Source: Sulfolobales archaeon (lineage in GTDB: Archaea > Thermoproteota > Thermoprotei_A > Sulfolobales > AG1). From it: a DNA stretch of 64,000 nucleotides. Below are positions 19,132-29,286 of the stretch, piece after piece. The position numbers and the translations under genes are program-made. The stretch is taken from NCBI GenBank assembly GCA_038867615.1, contig JAWBYA010000003.1, positions 160,001-224,000 of the forward strand, read 5' to 3'. A model generated the notes under the pieces. The model worked only from the letters and a program-made list of their open reading frames with translations. It did no database searches and had not been told where the DNA came from. How positions within the stretch are numbered: the first letter of the stretch is position 1; every line of letters begins with the position of its first letter.

Positions 19132-19518
19132 GTGTTGTCAGAGTTCAGGGTTAGGAAGATCCCTAAGGATGAGGAGTCGATGAAAGAGATAATAGACGAG
19201 ATATCAAGGAGAGAATCCGCTCTTAGCGAGTCGGGAGAGGAGAGCGAAGAAGGACATGTTCATGAGCATGAGGCCCATGGACACAGCCATGGAGATCCTC
19301 TTCACGAGCAGCTGCACATGCTTGAATATATAATCTCACAGCTCTCACAGGTAGATGCTAAGCTTGCAGAAATAAACCGCGGGATCGGTGAGATCTCGTC
19401 AAGGCTTGAGGAGCTGGTGAGGGTCTCGAGAGCAGCTTTAAAGGTATCGCTTGCTGGAATTGTCGATAACCGTGAGATTAGGAAAAAACTTATTGAGGAT
19501 GTAATGGAAGAAATATAG
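19132..19518 (+). CDS. hypothetical His-rich coiled-coil protein
   Basis: Acidic stretch, HVHEHEAHGHSHG tract and a helical C-terminus; co-oriented with the next gene. Confidence 0.75.
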   Translation: MLSEFRVRKIPKDEESMKEIIDEISRRESALSESGEESEEGHVHEHEAHGHSHGDPLHEQLHMLEYIISQLSQVDAKLAEINRGIGEISSRLEELVRVSRAALKVSLAGIVDNREIRKKLIEDVMEEI

Positions 19519-19527
19519 GGTGTCCGG

Positions 19528-20022
19528 TTGCCGGAATTCCAGGGGATAGAGGTTGTTCAGATAGCCGTGCCTCATGGTGTTAATGTAATAATAGGACAGT
19601 CACACTTTATAAAAACAGTCGAGGATCTATACGAAGCCTTAGTTACATCAACACCAGGCATAAAGTTCGGTATAGCTTTCTGCGAGGCTAGTGGTAAGAG
19701 GCTTGTGAGGCATGATGGTAACGATGAGGAGCTCAGGAAACTGGCTATAGAGGCTGCTATGAAGATAGGTGCTGGGCATGTTTTCGTGATCTATATGAAA
19801 GACGCATGGCCAATAAACGTTCTCAACGCTATAAAGAATGTCCACGAGGTGACCAGGATCTATGCAGCTACCGCTAATCCCCTTCAGGTGATTGTTGGAA
19901 AAACAGATCAGGGAAGAGCTGTTCTCGGGGTTGTTGATGGCTTCACACCACTCGGGGTTGAGGGTGAAGAGGATATTAGAGAGAGGAGGGAGTTTCTAAG
20001 GAAGATAGGCTATAAGAGGTAA
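19528..20022 (+). CDS. adenosine-specific kinase / AMP-binding protein (DUF355)
   Basis: [25 protein letters not shown] and [10 protein letters not shown] motifs. Confidence 0.9.
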   Translation: MPEFQGIEVVQIAVPHGVNVIIGQSHFIKTVEDLYEALVTSTPGIKFGIAFCEASGKRLVRHDGNDEELRKLAIEAAMKIGAGHVFVIYMKDAWPINVLNAIKNVHEVTRIYAATANPLQVIVGKTDQGRAVLGVVDGFTPLGVEGEEDIRERREFLRKIGYKR

Positions 20023-20027
20023 ACGAT

Positions 20028-20714
20028 TTGAAAGCAAAGGTGAGGATTGTATCGTATGGCGAGGATCAAATCAACGTAGACTCGATCAGGCTCACAGTAC
20101 TGAGAATAATTGGCGAGAAATATATAGAGGAACCAATGGATCTTGGAGATAACCCCGAAGAAACACTAGAGAAGATCGCTGTGGAGTTTGGCGAGGGATC
20201 CTATGTTGAGGCCATAGCTGAGGCTAAAAACCAGGTCATAAGGGTCGGTGGGTCGAGAACAGATCTAGGATCAAGCCCAGCAAAACAGACGATCTTTTAT
20301 AGGCCTTCTAAGCTCTTGAGGATCGGTGTTTTGAGAAGTGTTAGAAACAACGGGCAGAGTATAGGCTCGTCCGACAGCTCTGCTATGGTTAACGCTGGTA
20401 ATGCGAACCAAGTAGACCAGACAGGAGGGCTGGAAAGCGGAAGTATAGTAGCAACTGATCAAGGTACTCTGTCAATAGGGATTAGTGAGCTTAGCGATAT
20501 TGAGTGGTATTACCCACAGGGCGAGTTCTACGTGTTCGAGGGGGATCTGAGGATCGATGGTGAGTGTGAGGCTGTGGTTATTGTTACAGAAGATGGTGAA
20601 AAAATACACTTTATCAGGGCTCAGGGCATGGATAGGGCTGTTGTTATGAAGAAAGTAAGGATTACTGCTAAGAGGAGGAAAAAGAAAGGAAAAAAGAAGG
20701 CTAGAGGATCATAG
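20028..20714 (+). CDS. hypothetical protein with Lys/Arg-rich C-terminal tail
   Basis: 228-aa ORF, TTG after GAGGT, operonic spacing. Confidence 0.7.
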   Translation: MKAKVRIVSYGEDQINVDSIRLTVLRIIGEKYIEEPMDLGDNPEETLEKIAVEFGEGSYVEAIAEAKNQVIRVGGSRTDLGSSPAKQTIFYRPSKLLRIGVLRSVRNNGQSIGSSDSSAMVNAGNANQVDQTGGLESGSIVATDQGTLSIGISELSDIEWYYPQGEFYVFEGDLRIDGECEAVVIVTEDGEKIHFIRAQGMDRAVVMKKVRITAKRRKKKGKKKARGS

Positions 20715-21633
20715 ATAGTAGTGCTTTTTGTAGATGGAGTCTATTCTCAGCCTGATCCCATACAACGCTCTGCGGTCCATCGATCACCTGATCCTCCACC
20801 TCCTCTCCCCTATGTGCTGGTAGGCAGTGCATGAATATAGCGTCCTTTTTAGCAAGGGACATTAGTTTTTCTGTAACTCTGTAGGGCTCTAGATCCTTGA
20901 TCCTCTTGTCCCTCTCTCCTTCTTGCCCCATCGATACCCATACATCTGTATAGATCACATCTGCGTCTTTAGCAGCTCTTACCGGGTCGTCAAACACCTC
21001 TATAGATGCTCCAGTCACTTCGGCTAATCTATATGCCCTTTCGAGGATCTTTTTTGAAGGGTAATAGTCAGGCGGTGTTGCTATGTACAGCGTTGCTCCC
21101 AGCATTGAGGAGACGGCTATCAAGCTATTTAGAACATTATCCCTCCCGTCACCGATAAAGACTATCTTTAACCCCGAGATTCTCTTCTTCTTCTCATAGA
21201 TCGTGTAGAAGTCTGAGTAAGCTTGTAATGGGTGTTCCTCGTTGCTTAGGGCGTTTATTATAGGGATGCTTGAGGCGCTGGCCATTTCGTATAGAAGCTC
21301 GTGGGAATATACTCTGAGGGCAAGGCCATCGAGATATCTGCTAAGAACCCTTGCTGTGTCACCCACACTCTCTCCTCTCCCCAGCTGGAGTTCGTTCCAG
21401 TTCATGTATATTGCGTCTCCACCTAGTTGTCTCATAGCGAGCTCTAGGCTAACCCGTGTCCTAGTGCTGTGTTTTTGAAATACTAAGCCGAGAGTCTTAC
21501 CCTTAAGTATATTTAACACCCTCTCTCCGGAGTAGTATTTGTTTTTCATGATCGATGTGATCTCTAGCAATCTCCATATCTCGTCGCTAGATAGATCAAA
21601 AGCGGATATTATGTGCCTCCCTCTCAAACCCAC
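20701..21633 (-). CDS. argF: ornithine carbamoyltransferase
   Basis: STRTRVS, HPLQ, YTDVWVSMG, FMHCLP and QAENRLH motifs. Confidence 0.97.
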   Translation of the reverse strand: MGLRGRHIISAFDLSSDEIWRLLEITSIMKNKYYSGERVLNILKGKTLGLVFQKHSTRTRVSLELAMRQLGGDAIYMNWNELQLGRGESVGDTARVLSRYLDGLALRVYSHELLYEMASASSIPIINALSNEEHPLQAYSDFYTIYEKKKRISGLKIVFIGDGRDNVLNSLIAVSSMLGATLYIATPPDYYPSKKILERAYRLAEVTGASIEVFDDPVRAAKDADVIYTDVWVSMGQEGERDKRIKDLEPYRVTEKLMSLAKKDAIFMHCLPAHRGEEVEDQVIDGPQSVVWDQAENRLHLQKALLSMIL

Positions 21634-21817
21634 GCTAGAAGCCCATTAAAACAACGATTGGAAAGGTATAAGGATTAAGTGAAAGATTTTTATCTAATTT
21701 TAATAATTCTGCATAGATATAGAGGGTGTTATGAAGGATATAACGTAGCTATATGAATCTCTTTTCAGGATCCCCAGTATCTATGGTATAGTTATATAGC
21801 GCTAGCAGGATCATTGG

Positions 21818-22852
21818 TTATAATTTGGGCTTCTCTGTTTTCACGTTAGCCAGTTCCTTCAATAATAGATCTAAACCGTAGCCTGTTAGGACACTTATCA
21901 AGTAGATCTTCTCATACCCATTGCTCTTAAGGATCTCCAAAACCTCCTCTACCTCTTCCTTAGACGCTGCATCCACCTTGTTTATCAACACATCCACCTT
22001 CTCCATCCCTAGAAGCGATGTAACACTTCTCAAGACTCTTAGCTGCTCAGCTAGGCTGTAATAAGCCCCTTTCCTTGGATCTATGAGGAATAGTGCTAGG
22101 TCAGCGAGATTCTTTATAGCTGCTACAGCCTTCATCTCTATCTCATTCATATCCTCCAGGGGCCTGTCCAGGATTCCAGGTGTGTCTATTATAGCTATCC
22201 TTCTCCCACCGATATCCAGGTGTCCCATAATAACCCTCTTCGTTGTGAAGGGGAAAGGGGAGGTTTCAGGTTTTGCAGACGAGATCCTGGATACGAGTGT
22301 TGATTTTCCCACCTGGGGCATTCCGCAAACAACTATGTTTATAGCTTCCTCCGATATGCATGGGCTTCTTGATACCTCCTCTATGGCTTTTCTAAGAAGC
22401 TCAATACTTCTCAAACCCCTTCTAACCGTTGAGAGAGCCCTACCAACATACTCCCTCGAGAGCGCTTCGATCTCTACGGGATCTTCTGATTCAACTATCC
22501 TCCTCCTATAATCTCTATAGAGGTTCGTCACGATATGAATAACCCTTCTACACTTATCTATTAGATTATCATACATCTTCTCAGAGGCTATTAGGGCTAT
22601 CTCGGCATAGAATGGGTGCATCGATGAGGATCTCGGTAGTCTTGCGCATTTACCAACAAGGTCTGCTAGTAGGGAGAACACCTTATCTATCTTAGCTAGA
22701 TATATAGACCTAGCTCTAACAACCTTGGTGCTTCTCGCAATTTTCCCCGATATATCTATTCTCTCTCCATACGCTCTGAGCACCATGCTCCTTATATACT
22801 CTGGGTCATAGATCTTGATATTCCTCATCTCATTGCTAAGACATACAGGCAT
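21818..22852 (-). CDS. NOG1-family GTP-binding protein
   Basis: HPFY, GMPQVGKST, PFTTK, DTPGILDRP and NKVD motifs. Confidence 0.93.
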   Translation of the reverse strand: MPVCLSNEMRNIKIYDPEYIRSMVLRAYGERIDISGKIARSTKVVRARSIYLAKIDKVFSLLADLVGKCARLPRSSSMHPFYAEIALIASEKMYDNLIDKCRRVIHIVTNLYRDYRRRIVESEDPVEIEALSREYVGRALSTVRRGLRSIELLRKAIEEVSRSPCISEEAINIVVCGMPQVGKSTLVSRISSAKPETSPFPFTTKRVIMGHLDIGGRRIAIIDTPGILDRPLEDMNEIEMKAVAAIKNLADLALFLIDPRKGAYYSLAEQLRVLRSVTSLLGMEKVDVLINKVDAASKEEVEEVLEILKSNGYEKIYLISVLTGYGLDLLLKELANVKTEKPKL

Positions 22853-22990
22853 TTCCAGACCCTCTTATAAGCTATGGTTGCGGGTCACACGGTTCGTGAA
22901 TACATCATGTATCAGCAACCTGGCTTCTATCATCCCCATAGATGTACTGTAAAAGCTAGTTTATCTATGCTACGCAGCCTCCCGGTCTAT

Positions 22991-23086
22991 CTACTTCTTC
23001 CCAGCTCCTTTTGTCTCCTTCTCTCTGGCTTCCTTCTTGACACTCTCTTTCTCCATAAAGATCGTTGTCCTCTGCCTACCTCCCAT
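22991..23086 (-). CDS. putative 31-aa Lys/Glu-rich small protein
   Basis: MGGRQRTTIFMEKESVKKEAREKETKGAGKK*; purine-rich coding-like strand in a gap between co-oriented genes. Confidence 0.4.
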   Translation of the reverse strand: MGGRQRTTIFMEKESVKKEAREKETKGAGKK

Positions 23087-23149
23087 CCACTATCCCTATC
23101 AATCTATATGTGGTTGGCAATATATCTTCGATGGTGTGTGGCTTGACAG

Positions 23150-24142
23150 CTATTTCCTAATAAGGTTTTTAAGCAGGTACTCTAGTTTTTCTCTCTCAAC
23201 AAAGGTTACGTTGTCTTCAAGCTCCTTCTTAGCCTCTCTATCTATGCCTCTATTTGATAGTACCGCATAGATCTCGCAACCCAGTTTGGCACAGATTTTT
23301 ATAGTGTTTACTATCTTTTCAACCATCTCGCTATCGTCCCCACGATCCCTCTGGATTACTAGGGCTGTCTTCTGATCCTCTATTCTCCCTACAATATCTG
23401 GGGCCGTTCTCCTGAGCTTCACAGCCTCGATCCCCATTTCGTACATTTTCCTCAGCATTGGGTCTTCTTGCGCATGTGTCTTGAGGATCTTGTTAACATA
23501 GCTATACACGTATCTCTCTGTAAGCTCGTACAGATCTATCCTAGACACTATTTCCTCACCGAAGAGTTCGATAAGTTTCTGGGCTGTCTCTATAGAGGGA
23601 TCCATTGCTTCCCGCTCATACTCATACACGGCTTTTCTGCTTGTCCCTATCATCTCTGCAAGCTCTCCCAGGCTAAGCATTCTTTCAATCCTCTTTCTAT
23701 GAAGGACGACCCCATTGATCTTTACGAAGAAATGCCCTCTCTTATAATATATAGCTACTTTCTCGTTGGAGAGATAGAGATCCAATGTCTCCGGATCCAT
23801 AACGCTTATATCGGATCTATCCATTACCACTCCCGGCTCTAGATCCTCGTTTAGATATGTCTCGGATATTATTACTGCTGCAGAGTCTAGCATCTTAGAT
23901 GCCAGTTTGAGATCCTCTATTTCCTCTCTAGAGATCTCTGAAGCGTCTCTCCCAATCTTTATAATGATTCTCTTGTTTACAACGATGTCGACGGATCTCC
24001 TCTCTCCACGTGGGTATTCTATTATGTCGGCGTCCATTCTGTGTTTCTTAAGTATATCTAGGGTTTTCCTCAAAATCACAGCTATTCTCTCGTCCCTAAC
24101 GCTAGATGTCCCCCTCATAGTGTGATCCTTCATCTCCCCCAT
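23150..24142 (-). CDS. putative HTH-type transcriptional regulator (COG1395; HTH_3 between nuclease-like domains)
   Basis: RSVDIVV, LSLGELAEMIGTSRKAVYEYER and RRTAPDIV motifs; the true start may be 24133 or 24118. Confidence 0.85.
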   Translation of the reverse strand: MGEMKDHTMRGTSSVRDERIAVILRKTLDILKKHRMDADIIEYPRGERRSVDIVVNKRIIIKIGRDASEISREEIEDLKLASKMLDSAAVIISETYLNEDLEPGVVMDRSDISVMDPETLDLYLSNEKVAIYYKRGHFFVKINGVVLHRKRIERMLSLGELAEMIGTSRKAVYEYEREAMDPSIETAQKLIELFGEEIVSRIDLYELTERYVYSYVNKILKTHAQEDPMLRKMYEMGIEAVKLRRTAPDIVGRIEDQKTALVIQRDRGDDSEMVEKIVNTIKICAKLGCEIYAVLSNRGIDREAKKELEDNVTFVEREKLEYLLKNLIRK

Positions 24143-24566
24143 ATATTATAGAAATAATAAAGAGGGTTTTATATTTTTTTATAAGTGATATAGTATCTGC
24201 CTGGGTTAATATGCATCTATCGGCGTAATCGCTTGAAATAACTCCTCTAGATCTTAGCTCTAGAAGCATTCTAGATGTTTTCTCGTTACAGTCAAGAAGC
24301 CTATAGAAGGATGCGCCAGAGACCTTAGCTATGATCATAGGGACTCTTATATGATCGGCTAGGTCTCTCGATATGTTGGACGCGAGATCCTTTGCCTCGC
24401 TCCCCAGCACGGCATGTCGATCACCGCCTACAAGATCTACATAGGTGATCTCGACTTTGGCGGCTTCTGAGAGTCTCTTCTTATCCTTTGGCGACATGTT
24501 TGCAAGGCTTCTGACAAGCTCTTTATAATAACTCCCTATAGGATCCCTAACCCCTCCCAACTCCAT
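24102..24566 (-). CDS. DUF61 (UPF0216) family protein
   Basis: Resembles crenarchaeal DUF61 proteins (IRVPMII..., LIKKYKTLFII); sits upstream of COG1395. Confidence 0.6.
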   Translation of the reverse strand: MELGGVRDPIGSYYKELVRSLANMSPKDKKRLSEAAKVEITYVDLVGGDRHAVLGSEAKDLASNISRDLADHIRVPMIIAKVSGASFYRLLDCNEKTSRMLLELRSRGVISSDYADRCILTQADTISLIKKYKTLFIISIIYGGDEGSHYEGDI

Positions 24567-24568
24567 GG

Positions 24569-25270
24569 CTATACCCTCGACTCCTTATAGCTCTTCAGAA
24601 CACCGCTCACCATTATAACAGCTCTATCGGCATAGTCAATAACCCTGGGGTCGTGGGATACTATTATTACTGTTGTCTTGAAATCCCTATTAAGGCTCTT
24701 AAGCATCTCCAAAGCCCTCATACTACTATCCCAGTCTAGATTAGCTGTAGGCTCGTCTGCGAGTATAACGCTTGGTGTGTTAACCATAGCCCTTGCGATC
24801 GCAACACGTTGTTTCTCACCACCGCTTAGAAATCTCGCCGGCTTAGAGGCCATGTTCCTGAGCCCTATATACTCCAGGATCTCTGAGACCTTCTCCTCTC
24901 TGATCTTCTTAGGCACTCCTGCTATAAGCAGGGGTATTTCTACGTTCTCATACACATTAAGATCTTCAACAAGCCCGTAGTCCTGAGGTATATAGCCAAC
25001 AACGGTATTCCTGATCATTGCCAGCCCCTCTTCATCGAGCATCGATATGTTATATCCATCAACGATCACATCACCCCTGTCAGGCCTCAAGAGCCCTGCA
25101 ATGAGCTTAAGCAGGGTAGATTTCCCAGAGCCTGAGGGGCCGTGTATAGCCATGATCTCACCCCTGTTGACAACCAGGTTAACACCTTTTAGAGCAATAG
25201 TCTCGCCAACCTTAGGATCCCTGTAGATCTTCCACACATCTCTCAAAATAACTACAGGCTCTATAACCAT
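24569..25270 (-). CDS. ABC transporter ATP-binding protein (LolD/MacB-type)
   Basis: GPSGSGKST, LSGGEKQRVAIARA, ADEPTANLD and VSHD motifs; no adjacent permease. Confidence 0.93.
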   Translation of the reverse strand: MVIEPVVILRDVWKIYRDPKVGETIALKGVNLVVNRGEIMAIHGPSGSGKSTLLKLIAGLLRPDRGDVIVDGYNISMLDEEGLAMIRNTVVGYIPQDYGLVEDLNVYENVEIPLLIAGVPKKIREEKVSEILEYIGLRNMASKPARFLSGGEKQRVAIARAMVNTPSVILADEPTANLDWDSSMRALEMLKSLNRDFKTTVIIVSHDPRVIDYADRAVIMVSGVLKSYKESRV

Positions 25271-25945
25271 CAGACCCTAAGCCCCTGATATAGAATAAGC
25301 TATGAGGGAAATATCTTAGAACAATACATCAGGATCCTAAAAACACCGTTTCTGGGATCAGGATCCTGTGTGTATGGACAATTGAGCAACCATTCCGAGT
25401 TTCATCTAGGGGTTTGGTTTCGTTGTAATCTATGTAATTTGTACGGCGTGATATCAGTCGCTATGCTTTTAGCTTCATCAAAGATATTTCCAGCTGGTCT
25501 TTCTTTATCTGTTATAGTGTTCTAGAGAGATCTAGTATGGGGGTTACCTACGTATTTAGACCTACCTATAGATTCATGTTTAGTAGAATTTCATTTAATA
25601 GTCTACCTAGGCATATGGCGACAGATTATAAGAGCAATGCTGCTATGCTAACACAAGATCCTTTAAGGTCAGCGATATTAGTTAGATGAAACCTCTATTA
25701 CTATATATTTGTTAAAAACCATGTTAAGATCTAGTGTAATATTTATAAGAATTCTTACATAAATGTGTAATGGGGGTTTTTAATGATCCACGGTTTTGGG
25801 GTTCCCCGCAATAGTCTTGTTGTTTCTAGATCCCGGGATTCCATGGTCGACGGTCTAGCCGGATGGAATCTTTTTGAGGTTGACAAGCCTATTGCTAGAT
25901 CTTTAGCAATCCTACTACTCTCCGTGATAGCGCCATACCATATCA

Positions 25946-25970
25946 CACCATATGGTGGTGCAAATATATA
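25946..25970 (+). promoter_or_regulatory. palindromic operator CACCATATGGTG next to the putative TATA box of the sugar ABC operon
   Basis: Perfect 12-bp palindrome at 25946-25957, followed by AAATATATA about 35 nt upstream of the start at 26002. Confidence 0.4.
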
Positions 25971-26001
25971 TCTTGAGCTATATATCTAAAGGTGAAGTTA
26001 T

Positions 26002-27525
26002 ATGGTGATGTTATCGAGGGTAAGGGTTTCTCGGGGCATATCTAAGATCGCGGTGACAATAATAATAGCAGTGATTGTTATTGCTATAGGAGCTTTCCTC
26101 TACACATCATATAGCGGTATGTATTCACCAAAACCCCCATCCACGCCGACAACCACAGCACCACAGACCACAGCTACACAGCAACAGCAAGCTCCTCAGA
26201 TCCAAGCCACTCTCACGATTTTAGCCTCATCAGGAGATCCAACACTAGCCCCATATCTAAGGCTCGTTGCCAGTGATTTTATGAAGGCGAATCCCAACGT
26301 TAAGGTTGAGGTTCAACTAGTACCCTTTGCACAGCTTGTACAAACAGCTCTCACAGCTCTTCAGAACCAAAACCCGTCTCCTGATATAATAATATTCTAT
26401 CCCTCGCAGGCACCAACCCTTGGACCTTATCTGGTTGATATGAGGAAATATCTAGATTCTGGTGTTTTCAATAAATCCGATATACCGTTCTCCTCTATGC
26501 TGCCTGTGCATCTTCTAGACGAGAAGGGGAATCTTATAAAGATCTCTGGTATTCCGTTCCAACAGGTCTTTGGCTATGTGATAGTCTATAGGAAGAGCAT
26601 ATTTGAGAACCAACAGCTTGCTCGGGAGTTTAAGGATAAATACGGATTTGACCTTAATCCTAATACATGGACATCATGGGATCAGATGATAAAGGCAGCA
26701 GAATTTATCCAGTCTAAGAAAGAATCCCTAGGGATAAAGTATGCCCTTCTATTTCCAAACGGTTTAACCCAATCTATATTCAACGGCTTTGTCGGGATCT
26801 TCTACTCATACGCAACACAAGATCCATGCACAGATGTAGCTCCAGGAAGCGTTGGTGGTTATTGGACATACTTTAAAGAGGTTAATGGAAAGATAGTGCC
26901 TACCCTCAACTGCACAGCCGGTATAAAAGCCCTCGAAACATATAAGAAGCTCGTTCAGTTCCAGCCGCCTATAGATGTTCAGGCTATGGAGTATGATCAA
27001 CTGAGGGACTTCTTCCTAACAGGTGACTACGCCATGGTGGCGGCCTGGACAGCGTTTATACCGATCTATAATAATGCATCTGTATCAAAGGTGGCTGGAG
27101 ACATAGGCGTTGCTCCACTACCAGGAGGAGCATCTGGTCAGGCTCCCACATTTGCTGGTATAAATCCATATTCAAAATACCCCGACCTAGCTGCAAAGCT
27201 TATAGCCATGATGATATCGCCTGAGGAGTATAGAAAGGGCGCGGAGCAGATAGGCTTTGTCCCAGCTACCTATTCTGGATTGAAAGTAGCCTCAGAGGTT
27301 CCCGCCACATCTTGGGTCAAGCCTTTAATAAAGATTGTTGAGGAGCAGAGGACCGTGGATCTAAAGAGAGTCACTATAGTTAATAGTATAACGAACTTCT
27401 TCACAGAGCTAAGGCCTATCTTCATCAAGAACGTTGCGGACTTCCTAAGAGGGAAGCAGAGTGCTGAAGAGACTATAAATAATATTGTGAACGACTGGAT
27501 AAAGATTATGAAGATAGCAGCATAG
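26002..27525 (+). CDS. sugar ABC transporter substrate-binding protein
   Basis: Class III-like signal (SRG|ISK) plus TM, a Thr/Pro/Gln linker, and SBP_bac_1-like motifs (PDII, WTSWDQM, VAPLPGG). Confidence 0.9.
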   Translation: MVMLSRVRVSRGISKIAVTIIIAVIVIAIGAFLYTSYSGMYSPKPPSTPTTTAPQTTATQQQQAPQIQATLTILASSGDPTLAPYLRLVASDFMKANPNVKVEVQLVPFAQLVQTALTALQNQNPSPDIIIFYPSQAPTLGPYLVDMRKYLDSGVFNKSDIPFSSMLPVHLLDEKGNLIKISGIPFQQVFGYVIVYRKSIFENQQLAREFKDKYGFDLNPNTWTSWDQMIKAAEFIQSKKESLGIKYALLFPNGLTQSIFNGFVGIFYSYATQDPCTDVAPGSVGGYWTYFKEVNGKIVPTLNCTAGIKALETYKKLVQFQPPIDVQAMEYDQLRDFFLTGDYAMVAAWTAFIPIYNNASVSKVAGDIGVAPLPGGASGQAPTFAGINPYSKYPDLAAKLIAMMISPEEYRKGAEQIGFVPATYSGLKVASEVPATSWVKPLIKIVEEQRTVDLKRVTIVNSITNFFTELRPIFIKNVADFLRGKQSAEETINNIVNDWIKIMKIAA

Positions 27526-27548
27526 TTCGATCTGAATGGTGTTAAGTC

Positions 27549-29282
27549 ATGTTTAAACAACGCTTTTTTTGTATAAGAAGACAGGGATTCTTTTGGGGTA
27601 AAGGGATAAGGGATCGGTCTATTTACTTGTTAGCGCTCCCCGCTATCGCCTACCTAGTCTCCTTTACCATATACCCCATACTATCTAACGCGTTTCTGAG
27701 CTTCTTCACATACACCCTTAGAGGAGACGCCATATGGGTTGGTTTCAGGAACTATGCATACCTGACTGAGGATCCATTTATAGATAGGGTTATATTTAAT
27801 ACACTTATCTACACGGTAGTTGCACCAATGATCACAGTGATCCTGGCTATACCTATTGCAGCCTCGCTTAGGAGGGTTGGGGGCGTGTTTCTGGTTCCTC
27901 TGTCTATCGCATCATTCATACCGGCAACTACCGCGGCTATAATGTGGTATCTAATGCTAAATCCGTTTCTAGGCATTTCGTATTATATTTATCAGTATAA
28001 CTGGGCATCATCGATATATACTGTGGTTATCATCGAGATCTGGAGATCACTTCCAATAGCTGTGCTCGTAATATACTCAGGCCTTAGATCTATACCGAAG
28101 CATATTGAGGAGGCAGCATATGCGGATGGTATGGTTGGTGTTAGGAAGTTTCTCGCCGTAGATCTACCTCTAGTATCGCCACAGATCCTCACGGCGTTCG
28201 TGTTATCAATGATCTCCGGTTTATTTCTCTTTGACCCAATCTATATAGGCACCTCACAAGCAGGGCCGAGGGTTCTTGATAACCTTGCATTCTATGTGTT
28301 TGAGAATTTCTACACAGATATCAGGCTTAGGGGCTATACTGCAACGCTGATAGTGATAATGACTATTTTATCTACAGCCTTGGCTGCTATCTATATCAGG
28401 CTTGTTTCGTCGAAAACGATTCTAAGGATCCCTATGGTTTCTTTTGCACCATCTAGAGAGATGCCGAAGGCTATCCACTATGTGGTGATACTCCTTGCCC
28501 TAGTATTCACTCTCCTCCCAATAGCATGGCTACTAATAGTCTCTCTCAAATCGCCTAAGGAGCTTCTCACCATACCCCCAACAATTATACCCAACAGCCC
28601 CACCCTTGATAATTATCACTATGTAATATCAACGGGGCTCCCCTACCTGGTGACGTCTCTTGGCATCGCATCGATAAATACTTTTATAACGATCCTCCTA
28701 TCATCGATGCTAGGCTTTGCTATGGCGGCATATAGGTTTGGAGGTAACAGGCTTTTGATCTATGTGTTGTACTTGACGGCAACACCAACTCTGATCTATA
28801 TAGTGCCTCTCTTCGCAATGATCCGGTTCCTCAATGCTATAAACACATGGTGGGCTCTCATAATAACATACCCGATAATGACAGTCCCGATAACAACATG
28901 GATTATGTATAACTACTACATAAAATTCCCGAAAAGCATTGACGAAGCCGCCCAGGCTGATGGAATGAATAGGTTCAGAGTATTTATAAAGATAGCTTTC
29001 CCGCTGAGCAGGGGAGGCATGGGTGTTGCAGCCGTGTATTCCTTTCTAATCAGCTGGGGCGCACTCCTATTCCCCCTAGCGTTTACCTACTCACCATATG
29101 ATCTATCAAACCCTCTCAGCTTCTCTGGCGCACAGACCTTTTCGGTCTATGTGGCTAATCTGATGAGCCCTGTCACAGCGAATTATGGTGCTGTTGCTGC
29201 TGCTGGTGTTATAAGCATGATACCCCCAATAATCCTCTTGATCTTTATTAGGAGGGATCTGGAGAAGATCTGGGGGAGGTGA
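27549..29282 (+). CDS. fused sugar ABC permease (MalF+MalG-like); start uncertain
   Basis: Two EAA motifs (EEAAYADG, DEAAQADG) in one ORF. Confidence 0.9.
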   Translation: MFKQRFFCIRRQGFFWGKGIRDRSIYLLALPAIAYLVSFTIYPILSNAFLSFFTYTLRGDAIWVGFRNYAYLTEDPFIDRVIFNTLIYTVVAPMITVILAIPIAASLRRVGGVFLVPLSIASFIPATTAAIMWYLMLNPFLGISYYIYQYNWASSIYTVVIIEIWRSLPIAVLVIYSGLRSIPKHIEEAAYADGMVGVRKFLAVDLPLVSPQILTAFVLSMISGLFLFDPIYIGTSQAGPRVLDNLAFYVFENFYTDIRLRGYTATLIVIMTILSTALAAIYIRLVSSKTILRIPMVSFAPSREMPKAIHYVVILLALVFTLLPIAWLLIVSLKSPKELLTIPPTIIPNSPTLDNYHYVISTGLPYLVTSLGIASINTFITILLSSMLGFAMAAYRFGGNRLLIYVLYLTATPTLIYIVPLFAMIRFLNAINTWWALIITYPIMTVPITTWIMYNYYIKFPKSIDEAAQADGMNRFRVFIKIAFPLSRGGMGVAAVYSFLISWGALLFPLAFTYSPYDLSNPLSFSGAQTFSVYVANLMSPVTANYGAVAAAGVISMIPPIILLIFIRRDLEKIWGR

Positions 29283-29286
29283 TTAA

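Noticed and set aside
25941-25957. Thermococcales glycolytic motif (TATCAC-N5-GTGATA)
   Set aside because: The second half-site has three mismatches; the internal palindrome is reported instead.
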